Source: the human T2T-CHM13v2.0 reference genome, Homo sapiens. Taken from it: a DNA stretch of 64,000 nucleotides. Of the stretch, positions 11,012-22,969 are shown piece by piece (the first letter of the stretch is position 1; every line of letters begins with the position of its first letter). The notes under the pieces are model-generated. The model searched no databases. It worked only from the letters and a program-made list of their open reading frames with translations, and was not told where the DNA came from. The translations under genes and the position numbers were made by a program. Location of the stretch: the NCBI RefSeq assembly GCF_009914755.1, contig NC_060934.1; one strand, written 5' to 3'.

Positions 11012-11975
11012 GGTTCATTCACTCTGTAAACATGTGTTAAGCATCTGCTGTGTCTGTCAGGTACTGTTCAAGGTGCTAGGGATATAATTGTGAAAGAATA
11101 AAAGAAACTTCCTCCATGGGTCCTTTCATATTGTGATAAAATATATCTTTAAAAATTACCACTTTAACCATTTTAAGTGTGTAATTTAGTGGCATTAAAT
11201 AAACTCACAGTTTTGTGTAACCACAACTATGATTTATTTCCAGAATGTTATCATCATCCTAAGCAGAAACTCTGAACCCATTAAACAACTCCCCTTCCTC
11301 TCTCATCTTCTCTTAACCTCTATTCTACTTTCAGTCTCTATGAATTTGCCTATTTTAGGTACCTCATATAAGTGAAATTATATGATATTTGTCCTTCTGT
11401 GTCTGATTTATTTCATTTAGCGTTTTTTTAAGTTGTATCCATGTTGTCACATGTGTCAGCGTTTTGTCTCTTTATGGTTGAATGATATTATATTGTATGT
11501 GTATAGCATACTTTGTTTATTCGTTCATCTGCTGATGGACACCGAGTTCTTTCCACCTTTTGGCTATTTTGCATAATGCTACTATGATCATTGGCATACA
11601 TGCTTCTGCTTGAATCTATGTTTTTCATTGATTTGGGGATATAACTACTTCTTTCATGGATCTTACAGTTTAACAGGAAATGCAATCAGATAAATGGCAA
11701 TTTGTGAATACTCTGCTACCAAGACACATACTCCATGGTATAGGAGCAGAAAATAGCCAGAAAAAAACAAAACAAAAGAAAAACCTGTGTGGAGGGAATT
11801 TTAGCAAGAAAAAAAGGAATGGCACAGGTGAGGATTCTAAACTAAGAAGATGTACAGCCCATTAGGAAACAAAGAGAAAATCAGGAATATTTAGAATGAG
11901 TGGTAGCATAGGAAAAAATAAGATTATAAGGGAGGCAAAAACTGATTGTACAGGGACTTACAGATCATATAAAAT
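11012..11975 (-). mobile_element. L2 LINE 3' fragment interrupted by an L1MB insertion
   Basis: ttcattcactctgtaaacatgtgttaagcatctgctgtgtctgtcaggtactgttcaaggtgctagggatata (antisense L2 tail). It resumes after 11647 as ctttcatggatcttacagtttaacagg. Confidence 0.7.
11125..11646 (-). mobile_element. L1MB-type LINE-1 3' UTR fragment
   Basis: ttgtgataaaatatat...ttaaccattttaagtgtgtaatttagtggcattaaata...ctgctgatggacac...ttccaccttttggctatttt. Flanked by a degenerate 18-bp TSD (11107-11124 / 11647-11664). Confidence 0.9.
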
Positions 11976-12029
11976 TTCACGTCTTCCAAATACCCACACA
12001 TCATCCACTGCTTCCAGACATTCAGTTTT

Positions 12030-12315
12030 ATAAGGTCACATGTCTCATTCTTAGAAATGCTTTTTCTGATCACCTATCTAAACCAATGTGATCACCATTT
12101 GTTTCTAGTCTTTATCTTGTTTCATTTCTCTCCATAGCTTTTGGAGTCCATAGTGTGTGTGTGTGGGTGTGTTTGTGTGGATGTGTGTGTGTTCATCTCC
12201 CCCTTCGAATAAAAGCTCCATGAGGCAGGGACATCACTGCTGCACCCCAGGATCAAGAACAGCTGCACACAAAAAGTCAGCTATAAGTATTGATGACATT
12301 AATGAATGAATGAAC
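12030..12315 (+). mobile_element. L2 LINE 3' end
   Basis: gaataaaagctccatgaggcagggac...aatgaatgaatgaa tail. Confidence 0.75.
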
Positions 12316-12339
12316 CAATAAGTGACTAAGCTGGCCCTT

Positions 12340-12480
12340 TCATTTACTAGCTTTATGATGTTGAGTAACTTATTACCTTTTCTAAATTCAAGTACCTCTT
12401 CTGTACAGTTTTGTGAATGAAATAAATGCCATAGTACAGGGCCTGTAATATGTTTACTGAGTGCCCAGTAAATATTAGTT
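12340..12480 (+). mobile_element. MIR fragment
   Basis: catttactagctttatgatgttgagtaacttattacc...agtgcccagtaaatattag. Confidence 0.6.
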
Positions 12481-13709
12481 CATAGAATTTAGAGAGAGGG
12501 AGACAGGTGGCAAAAGAGGGAGGGGGATAGAGAAAATAAAGCAAAACAAAGCTACCCATCCAATATTTCCATTTTGGTGAGTGGCCCTCCCTCGTTTTAG
12601 ACTCACTGTCACAAACAGGAAGCCAAACAAAACAAAATCAACAAAAGCAAATTTTAAACTTTTGATTCTCCTTCCAGGAAAACAATAAAATCAAGAGAAT
12701 GAAGCCGATACTGAAAAATTATAATTTAGACTTTTATTTTATAGAATTAAGTATCCATCAGTCTGTTTATGAATTTTGCTTTACCACGCTGATCTACCAA
12801 CTTCTATACAGACTCGGTTATATGAGAGCATGGGTCTGTGTTTGTGTGTGCTCTGTAGTCAAAGACGTATGTTCACTGAGACATGAAATATATATGATAC
12901 ATGTGGAACAACTATAAACAACATGGGCGAAGTGTGTTTTTTAGCCATTCTCTGGATCCCTCACAGTTCTTCTAGAGAGTAGAATCATCAGGGAAATCAG
13001 AAAACTGAAAGGTATTTTTTATTCCCCAAACAAAACAAAATAAAACTTCACTCCTGACTCTTGGTGGTTGAAAGCAAATGTATAGACAATACTGATGCTT
13101 GTTCCTAATTTAATAAAAAACGAAAATCCATAATACAGCACTAGTCAACATGGAGCCCGAGTGTGAAAGCTAATCTCATCATGAGGTGTTAAAACACATG
13201 GAAAAGTGGGAATAATGGATAAGGCGTTTTAACTGTAAATTTCAGCTTGGCAGTGATAGGCGATAATGTTCACCCACAAGGAAAGGCTTTCATTTCATCC
13301 CTGTTTTGTGGAGCTGGTGTTAATTCTGAGGGAGGTTGCAAAGACTGACTTATTTTGCCAACTTCATAACTGCTCTTGGATCTGAGGAGCAGAGGCTCAA
13401 GGCTCCTTGTAGAGTCACGTGTTGATTTTCTAATTTATTCATAAGTTATATATTTCTGTTTATAAAAAGAATTTGCAATGGCTTAAAGCATGCCTTTACT
13501 TCTATACCTACCAGGGCTTTGTTTTATCATTCTTCTGGCTTTGGGAAAAGAGAGCTGTTTCTGTTGGATTGCAGGGGAGGAAAAAAAAGGTCTGAATGTG
13601 GGTGTGGTGAGGGGAAGGGGGAAAGGATTGTCAGTTAATACATCAAGATGGAAAATGAAAACCCATTTACTTTGAGTATTTTATTTATATCCCATTTAAA
13701 ACTTCCATT

Positions 13710-13892
13710 ACAGTGCACAACACTTACATGTGTGCTATGATCACATGGGAATCTTGTTCAAAAAGCAGCTTCCTAGGCCCCAACTCCAGACCTTCTTTTT
13801 CAATGAGTCTTCTATCAGGTCCAGGAATCTAAATATTTAATAAGCAACCGAGGCAAGTTTGCTGGGTTAGAAAACGTACTTTGAGAAATGAC
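13710..13892. mobile_element. MER5A (hAT-Charlie) DNA transposon relic
   Basis: atcacatgggaatcttgttcaaaaagcagcttcctaggccccaactccagacc...ccaggaatctaaatatttaataagc...actttgagaaa. Confidence 0.75.
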
Positions 13893-14514
13893 ACAGTGAT
13901 CACTCTCTCTGATTTATTAATATTCTGTGCATGACTTGCTGATCAATTCCTATTCCTCTCTTCCAGTGACCTGACTCCCATTTCTACCCTCCTAAACCCA
14001 TTTTTAGTTCATTCGGGGAAGTTAAACTGGTAACTAGTAGAAAAGTCTCCCTGTAAGACTACAATCACCTTCCCTGGTTCTGCTTGTAATTAAGAGATAG
14101 TGGTAGAAGTAACAGACGTAGACTTTGAGAAACATTACAATCTTGTTTAATCATCCCAATGATTTGAGAAGCTCCATATTACAACCTATTACAGGTTCCC
14201 CTTAATGGTTGAAGGAGCTAATGTATAGAGAAGCGAAGGGACCGGGCCAGTGTTATAGACAGGAGTAGAAGAGGTAGGAAGAGTACAGTGTGTGGGTACC
14301 GTTACATATGGTGTTTCTTAAGAAATCAGTGATCATTAGGAAGCTGACTGTGTTAAATCACATGCCCTTGGGGGAAAAACAACAAAAGAAAAAAAAAAGT
14401 TAAGTCTTGTCACCACCGTCAAAATAGGAAAGCCATTTCAATCTAAAGCATGAACAATCAAAGTGAAAACATAAGCGTCTGATTTCTCTTTTATCCGGTC
14501 AAGTTATGTGGGAG

Positions 14515-14783
14515 GGGTGTGTATGTGTAAGAGACTACAAGAAAAGGAGATTAAAGACTTTTCCCTGCAGAGAACAAGCTGAGTCAGTGCCGATCAAAGG
14601 CTGACATCAAACATACGGCCTCAATAATTGAACCTGCTGTCTGTAAACTCTCATTAGCAAGCAGGAAAGATGATTATTAATTTCTCAGGTAACATATTAA
14701 CTTTGCCTCATCCTAATTTCTAGGCCTCAGTCACTTTCTACCATGTCATTTTGCTGCTTTTCAAAATCAATTTGCAATTTAAT

Positions 14784-14823
<40 letters not shown>

Positions 14824-15074
14824 TATAATAAAACTCCAGGAAAGGAGATCCATGTCTTCTCCATGAAAAGAACAAGTGGGGCGGGTGTTAATCAAAGGCT
14901 GATATCAAACATATGGCCTCAGTAATAAAAACTGCGTTCTGTAAACCTCTTCTCAAGAGGAAGAAGCTTCATTGTGAGTTTCTCAGGCCATGTGTGTTAC
15001 CCCCATGTCGTTCTAATTTCTAAGCCTCAACATATTCTTTCTTTGCCATCTCAAATTCAATTTGCAATTTAATG
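14515..15074. repeat. Ancient diverged tandem duplication: two ~298-bp units separated by a (GT)n tract
   Basis: Cores atcaaaggctgacatcaaacatacggcctcaataat (14593-14628) and atcaaaggctgatatcaaacatatggcctcagtaat (14891-14926) match at 33/36. tcaatttgcaatttaatg is identical at 14767-14784 and 15057-15074. Shared aaaggagat, agaacaag, ctgtaaac, tttctcagg and ctaatttctaRgcctca occur in the same order. Confidence 0.93.
14580..15074. promoter_or_regulatory. Putative duplicated enhancer module (TCF/LEF ATCAAAG, Forkhead-like TGTAAAC, POU/CEBP-like ATTTGCAAT, AP-1 TGAGTCA in copy 1)
   Basis: The motifs are seen directly and coincide with the best-conserved islands between the copies. Function is inferred. 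Confidence 0.4.
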
Positions 15075-16204
15075 TCATGGGGTCTATCAAGTGGTGAGGT
15101 CTTCCATGTCCTCAGTCACATAGAAAAACAGAACATTTTGTGCTGGAACCTTGCCCATAAAATACAAATGACATTAAGTCATCAGAATGAAAGAAAATCA
15201 CATTTCATAAATTTAAGTTTAATCTATATGTAAATTTAGCCAACATTCTTTAGGGTAATAATTCATAAGTATTGATGTTTACACTGCTTGGCAATTTTTT
15301 TATTAGTTTAAGTAATGATCTAGATACAAACCACATTCTTTTATTTTACAAAAACAGGCGTTTGGTTGTCTGAAGAGATACAGAAGAGAGACCAATCACT
15401 TACTTTCAGACAGACAAAACCACCGAATCCTTTCCTGCGCCATCGAAGAGCTTTGATACCAAAGAGAAAGCTACCAATTTTCGCTAATTTATAATACGTA
15501 TTTACTCAGAAAAATTTAAGATTCCTCCTAATTCACACTTTTAGTAATTATTCTACTTTAAATAAAAAATAAACAATAACAACCAGAAACAACGAAAAAT
15601 TGGGATTGTTCAGATAGTTATATTCCAAGAACCAAACAAAATATCTTTTTATTCATTGTATCATAAGAGTCTAGCATATTGATTGTGATGGAGTGACCCT
15701 TGCCATCAATAGGTTTTGGATAAATATTGCCTTAGACAGAAGTCTCATGTTTAAAAGCACCTATCAGAGTAACACCAACTGCCATTACAAGTAATTTCCA
15801 ATATTTCCCTAACATATTAGAAGCTTTTTTTCCTCATTTGTGTGACAGCAGACTATCCTACCATCAGCAAGTCCATGCCCTCAATTCCTTTCATCTTATG
15901 GCTACGGCTCCCCCTAGTGCTCATTGTCCTCTGCTTCCATGAGCCAAAGGGGAAAAACAGGGTGGAAAGGACACCACTGCTTCTTAGAAGCCTTGGCCCA
16001 GAAGTGATAAACATCGCTTCCTTTCATGTCCATTGCTGAGTGCTAGGCATGTGCTCACACCCCATACCCAGTGTGCTTTCTGGCTGGCCACCTGCTTCCC
16101 AGAAAAGTAACATCTTAAGGAGGACTGCACATTTTCATGAACAACCAGACCTGACACAACAAGAATCACAGGATCTTGTCTAATATATAACCACTTTCAA
16201 GCCT

Positions 16205-16800
16205 GGCAGTGGATCAGCATCACCAGAACCTGGAGAGTTTATTCAGAAATATCGACTTCCTGTCCTACGAACCAAGAGATTGTGATTTAATAGGCGTGGT
16301 AGAGTCCAAGATTATCCTGCCCAGAGTCACTGAATGCTAATTAATCATCTATCTCCAGTCTGAACCACCACCAAATCCACATTGAAATGCTCACTTTGCT
16401 CTGTAACTCGATGTCAACATCATAATCCTGTTTGCCGTTCATGAATCTGCATTTTAAAAAATTATCTGGAAAACAATCATGGCTACACCAGCCTTTTTTG
16501 ACTGTTTACTAAGTGCCACTAAGTGTTCCAAAGCCTTTATGTGTGCTAGCTTACTTAGCTTAATTCCTTATGTCCCTGTTTTTGTATTTAAGCTTCAAGA
16601 AACCCAACTGAAGTAGGTATTATCATCCCCATTTTCTAGAGAAAGATATAGAGGCACAGAAGCACCACGTTGTGCAAATTTATTCTAGAAAGTGTCAGAG
16701 CTGATTCAAACCGAAGCAAGCAAACTCTAGAGCTTTTGTCTTCCTCACTTCACTATAACCAGGTGATTCTGAGGGATGTTAAAGTCTGAGAACTATTGAG
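16205..16800. mobile_element. Fragmented MER5A/B-like DNA transposon with a MIR (about 16490-16757, minus strand) inside
   Basis: atcaccagaacctggagagtttattcagaaat..., aatctgcattttaa and ccaggtgattctgagggatgttaaagtctgagaactattg flank a MIR core, tattatcatccccattttctagagaaagatatagaggcacag. Confidence 0.55.
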
Positions 16801-16899
16801 TCATGAGAGATATGCAAGTGCTTCTGATACAAGTAGTGTTAAAAAAAACACTTGGAGAAACACAAATAAAATTTTTAAATGTTCTTCATTTTTGCTTTC

Positions 16900-17500
16900 A
16901 AACTCAGTATAGATATCTACTCTGAACTCTAGCTGTACATTCAAATACCTTTTCTATGTCATAATTCAACTCTTCATGGCCTAGAACAAACTCAAACTCC
17001 CTGCTAATTTCTCTTCCTCCAGCACTCTCTACTTCAAAAAGGACATAACCTTTCCCACAGGGGAGCAGTCTGAAAACCTGGAAATCATCCTCACATGTCT
17101 TTCCTGCATCACCCGTTTTGCTGGCATCATGAGTGATTCCTGACACTCTCACCTGCTAAATCTGTCACTACTCTGCTCTTCTCTTCTGCAGTCCTTGCTA
17201 TCACCATCTCCCCAGGGCTTTGGCAGCAGCCTGGCATCTTGTCTCCCACTTTTTGTCCCCAAGCCATTCTTCATATTGTGGAAAGAGTGATCTTTTCAAA
17301 CCATGAGAGATGAAACCCCAGATCCTTAATATTTCCTAGAAAAGTCTGCATGTGCAGCTCTGATTACTACATGGGCCTTAGCTCAGGCCATGGTCCCCAG
17401 CCCCCATACTCCAGGCATGTTGATCTTCCTTTAGTTCTAACTCCACTGTTTCTTTGTCTTCAGCTTTTCACGTGGGTCCCTGTGCTTGGAATGCTCCCCT
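16900..17500 (+). mobile_element. L2 LINE fragment
   Basis: tctgaactctagctgtac...aaaacctggaaatcatcctcac...agagtgatcttttcaaac...cttggaatgctcccc. Confidence 0.7.
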
Positions 17501-17509
17501 CAGAAGAGC

Positions 17510-17632
17510 ATTGCATAAGTTACTTCAGGACTCTGAGCCTCAGTTCTCATCTATAAAATGGGTATAAAACTTTGGAACAGAATTGTTAAAATCGTGAAAA
17601 TAAAATGTATATAGTCAATAAATTTTAGTTTT
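17510..17632 (+). mobile_element. MIR fragment
   Basis: aagttacttcaggactctgagcctcagttctcatctataaaatgggtataa. Confidence 0.75.
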
Positions 17633-18689
17633 TCTGCATATGTTCAGGGCTTTTTTTCTTATCTTCCAATAATCTTCATATTAAAACATATCAAATGATG
17701 TTTCTTTTCACTCTTTTACTAGCAGCAATTTCATGAAATCTCAAGGTTAGATACGTCTCTTAAAGAATTTATGTTATTTCAGAAATTAATTAAAGTCATC
17801 ACATATCTTGCTGGGGAACGCTTTCCCTGCGGTTTTTAATTACTGTCTAGTTAACAATATCCTTTAGAATGTTGTGTCTTTTACAAATGTAGGTGTTGGA
17901 TGGCTATAATTTTCAGAATTACTACTTTGGTCTACAACCCATTTAATGAGTTAGTAAAAACAATTAATGGAATTTACATACTTACTTGGGCTCTGACAGG
18001 GAGGAAAAAAAGAGAAGATTCCAAATAAATGAGCAAGTAAAAGAGCATTAATTAGCATCTAATTTGTAATTGCAGAGTTCAGTGCTCAATACTTTAGAAA
18101 TTAATTGAACTCTATGTTGATGTGTAAGGTGAAAGCATACCCAACTTCTTGTTAAGATTAATATTATCCTCATAAAAAACCCTCAAGAATACTGATTGTT
18201 GAAGGAACAAACATATATAACACCAAGGGTTGTCAGCAGTATGAGCCAGCAAGGAGGGATGGTATAGCATTAAATACATACAAAAGATGGAAAGGCAGTG
18301 AGGTTCTGAATAAAATGTCCACAGAAATAAGGGTCCAACCAAACATACTGGTTATTGCATTATTATGTTAAGTCTAGGACTAATACAACTTTTGTTACCA
18401 TGTAAGTCATAATTTATTCAAGAAAATAAATGAATATTTGAAATAGGGATTGAAAAACTTTTGGCATGTAATGGGTAAATTTGGACATCTTAAAAATAAT
18501 TGGATAATAACTATTTAAACTCCACATTCTGGAGCACAGTGAATTCTTTTGGGGAGAGGTTGGGGTTTTATAATTCTCAGCTGCATGTGCTATGTATAGT
18601 TTTAGCCAGTCGATATTATAGTTTAGCACGAGGGGTATCATAGGCAGATGAAGTGACAAAAGGGAAGGATCTTAAGCAGCAGGAGAGGG

Positions 18690-19015
18690 CCTCAGCTGTC
18701 TTCTATGCAAACCTGTGTCCATCGCAGCTCTGCCTCTTGCTGTACAAATTTGGAAGGAAATTCAACCTTGCTCAGCCTCAGTTTCCTCATTCATAAATTG
18801 GAGATGTTATTACCTGACTTACAGTATGGCTGTGAGGTTTATCAAGGCAATTATGCAATGTGGCAGAAGCGGGATTCAAACTTCAGCAATTTGAATCCAG
18901 AATCCACACTTTTAGTGAGGTTAAGCTAAACTCATCCTTATTCTGCTCCTGTGTGATTCTGATGCACAAAATGTGGCTTCAGCACATAGTGAGTGCTCAA
19001 CTAATTGTAGTTATC
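18690..19015. mobile_element. MIR fragments in both orientations
   Basis: gcctcagtttcctcattcataaattggagatg (+), tggcagaagcgggattcaaacttcagcaatttgaatccagaatcc (-), cacatagtgagtgctcaa (+). Confidence 0.65.
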
Positions 19016-19354
19016 AGCATACAAAATAAATATCTATTTGCATTTTTTAATATTTGGTCAAAGTCAGTTGAGATGGTAAATGACAGACTTTGGCCTAACA
19101 AAGCTTACATGGGGGCCATGGGGGCTAAAGTCAGCCTGGGGGCCAGGTGGGGAGCAGGTGAAGTTGTAGGGGAGGCAGGCATGGATTCCAGGTGGGGTAA
19201 CATACCTGGGCTGTGGGCTTTTGTCTGTTAGCTGTTGCATCTTTCACCAGCAATGGGCAGCCTTTCAAGCTAGCACTTGTATGGGGGGAGTTACTGCCTC
19301 TCAGCACTGCCAGACGTGTCCCGCCTCCTGCGATGGAGGCAACTCTCCCTATCA

Positions 19355-19580
<226 letters not shown>

Positions 19581-19819
19581 TTACTTTCCTCCTGACGTAA
19601 GTGTGAACAAGCTTGTGCCTAAAGAAAGTTTTGGTAAAACAATATGTATATCTAATTTTAAATGCATTAAAGAGATCACTACTGCAAAAATTCCTCTAAT
19701 AAAACTTTTATAACACAATTTATTGATTATTATAAAATATGTAGGAACTCTTCGGGGGAAGAATAATTGAAAAGATCTGCCTAGTTTAAAAAGTTGTTTC
19801 TTTTTGTCTATACAATAAT

Positions 19820-20160
19820 CATTTCTTAGCACCTACTCTGTGCCAGGCCCAGAAGATGTAAGAATGACCGTGTCAGACCCTCTCACTGCCACAGAGAAGC
19901 CATCTGTGGAGCAGACAGATGGGGCTGGGGACGAGTAGGTGTCCTGAAATGTATTAGGTGATGAGGCTGAAGCCTGCACAGAAGGTTTTAGGGTACTGGG
20001 GGCAAAATAGAAAAGACGAGTGCTCAACTGCATTCAGATGAAGGAGAATCAGAAGCAATTTTACCTTAGAGTGATGATTGCTCGGAACTTTGAAGAGGAT
20101 GTATTTTCTGGGGCAGCAGGAAAGGAGCAGGATTTCAGGCTAAAGACACTACACAGGGCA
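19820..20160 (-). mobile_element. L2 LINE fragment
   Basis: ttagcacctactctgtgccaggcccagaagatgtaagaatga... Confidence 0.6.
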
Positions 20161-20899
20161 GCAGGTCATCAAATAACCTGGAAGCTCCTTATCCATTCTA
20201 ACCCTCAGTTCCCCACTTAGCAAATGAAAAAATACAGCACAGCGGCCAAGAATGAGTTCTATTGCTCGTGTCTGATAGAAATGCTCTACCACCTGCTAGC
20301 TGGGTGAGCTTGCACACGTTAATCCTCTAAGCTTCAGTGTCTACATCCGTATTTACAAATCCCACTGGCTTTTCCTTCCTATCTTTATCTTTCTCTTTCC
20401 AATCTTTTCCTTTCTCTTCCTCTGAAGATTTGGCGGCAATGTGGACTAAGGAAATGAAGGGAATTGCAGAGGCAATAGTGTCAAGGTGGGGTCTTGAGAA
20501 GGCTGCAGAAGTGAATAGATGAATAATCAGGGTCCTCAGAATGAATAGGCAAAAATAGTGTGCCCAGAAGCCGAGGTCAACTGGAATTACAGCATAGCCA
20601 GAAATGTGTTGAGGGTGGACGGGGTTGCGGGGGGGTGAGGGGGTGGGGGAGAGAGAGAGAGAGAGAGATTAAAGAGTATAGGTTGTGGGCAAACACTGGC
20701 AAATGAACAATTGACAACTCTGGATCAAGGAGATACATGACATGTTTATACTCTTCTTGTAACTTCTTTATAAGTTTAAATTTACTTCAGAATGACATTT
20801 GAATAATATGAAGAGTGTTCCTTCAAGTTTTCCATAAGTATAAAATTATTTTACATAATTTTTGAAAATCGCACCTTGCCCCTGAAGTACCTTCATTCC

Positions 20900-21120
20900 T
20901 ATTCAAATTCCTTCTACAGCACTGTATAATGCTTTAATTTCTCTTTAAGTTTCTGTTTTCTCCCACCAGAATGTAAGTTTTTGAGGCTGGGGATATTTTT
21001 TTCAATTTTCGTGGCAGCCATGCTGTATACCCTACGATTTGAACAAAGCTTTGCAATAACCGGCATTTACAAAAGGCTTCTAATGAACGAATGATTGAAT
21101 GAATAAATGGATAAATAAGT
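20900..21120 (+). mobile_element. L2 LINE 3' end
   Basis: ccaccagaatgtaagtttttgaggctgggga...aatgaacgaatgattgaatgaataaatgg. Confidence 0.7.
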
Positions 21121-21433
21121 CTATGATAGGGTGATAATTAGGAGCTGAGCATATGTGTACACTATTTACACATGTGACACACTTAGCATGTTAAATGCTC
21201 AATAAATGTTTTGTAATAAATAATATAAATAGATATTAAAAGCTCAATAAATACTTAGTAAAATGTTTTCACTAAGTAAACTATGGCTATAGTTTCTGTT
21301 GGGCAGTAGTAACAGATTAGGCTGAGGTCAGGCCACACGAAGAAAGAACTCATGGGTCATAACAAGAAACTTACACTTTATTCCATAACCAGTGGGAAGT
21401 GACTTAGCCAGATTTATTTCCTTAAGTTTCCCC

Positions 21434-21816
21434 AAACTGTGTCCCTCAAAATTTATATGTTGGAGTCCTACTCCCAGTATCTCAGAATATGGCCTTATTT
21501 GGAGATAGGGTCTTTACAGAGGTATCTAGTTAAAAGAGGGGGCCCTAATCCAACATGACTGGTCTCTTTATAAAGACGGGATATTTGGAGACAGGCTCAC
21601 CTGCAGGAAGAATGCCATGTGAGTAGGAAGACAGCCATCTATAGGCCAAGGAGACAGGCCTGGAACAGATTCTTCGCTCACAGCCCTCAGAAGGAACAAC
21701 GTCACCAAAACCTGTATTTCAGACTCTTGCCTCCAAAACTGTCAGACTACATGTTTCTGTGATTAAACTACCCACTTCTTGGCACTTTCTCTTGGTAACT
21801 CTAGGAAAGTAATACA
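21434..21816 (+). mobile_element. MaLR solo LTR (MLT1B-like)
   Basis: aactgtgtccctcaaaatttatatgttggagtccta...ttatttggagatagggtctttacagagg...ccctaatccaacatgactgg...cacagccctcagaaggaac...ggaaagtaataca. Confidence 0.9.
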
Positions 21817-22969
21817 ATCCCTCTGCCAGTCATTTGGCGATAAGAGGAGGGATGATTAAAGCAGGACAAGTCACTTAACCCACCTGATCTCTCGTTTTCT
21901 CATGTGTAAAATGGAGATAAAATCTATTCAGCATATCTCATGATCTCACATGAAAGGGAAAATGTCAAAATGTATAAGGTAGAATGGTGATAAACATAAA
22001 GGAATATGAAAATTCAGGCACAAAAGGCATAATAAGGTAAATACATAGGAGTTCTTTTAGATTTAGGAAAGCTTCTTTGAATATTCATCACAAGTAAGCC
22101 TTTCTGATCCAAAGGATACTGTTGTCAATAACAAATTCTCACCCTGTTTCTAAAGAGAATTTTCCTTCTGGGTGTCATTTCCAGTTGCTAATGGACCCAT
22201 TGATGGAGTGTGATGTGAGCAAAGAATGTTAGCTCCATGGTCAGAATGGCATTCATCTTCCACAGAAACAATGAAATGAAAAAAAAAGTCTATCTTGGAA
22301 AATAACTGGCAGTGAAAGTGGGGACTGGTCATCTTACAGAAACTGAACACAAGTGATTGAAAGGTCAATGGATAAAAGAAACTGCCCAGGAGATAGATGG
22401 TTTCCTGGAGCACACCCTACTGGTAACAGCCCTAGACCCAGTGAACTTTGCTGTTCGTGGAAATGAATGAACATGGCACTTAGAGCCTAAGGTAGCTCTA
22501 ACAGACTAGTGCTTTAATCTCCATTTCTAAAATTAAAGTAATGGATAACTGCCCCTTTCCCAAATCTATTAACACCTTACAATTAAGTCTTTAATGGAGG
22601 TTCAATAGCCAAATAATTTGTCTTTAAGGAAAATAAATTGTTGACAGTTCCCTTTAGGTTGTGTGTTGTTAGCTTTCACCTAAATTACCACCTTGCAGAA
22701 AGGGTAGGTCAGTTGGAAGTTTTTAAAGGGGTTGTGCTTTACCAAGTTGTTCTGAGTCAAAGAAAAAAAAAATCACGGAATACTACTTTGTCTTGTCGTA
22801 GTTGACTATTTTTAGTGAAAACACTGTAAGGGAGAAATAATCATAATGTCCAAATCACAGGCTACTTACGTGGAATAAATAAGGGTATGCAACAAGCAAT
22901 TCTTAGCACAGTGCTCCGCACAGCATAAGTGCTCAAAAAGTAATAGTCAATAATAAACAATGATAAATG

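Noticed and set aside
14515-15074. CRISPR-like or minisatellite interpretation of the repeated 36-bp core
   Set aside because: Only two copies, the spacers are homologous to each other, the context is primate DNA and there are no cas genes.
15362-15423. Possible pre-miRNA hairpin (tggttgtctgaag...ttcagacagacaaaacca)
   Set aside because: Stem is short and interrupted, and the loop is too large for a canonical pre-miRNA.
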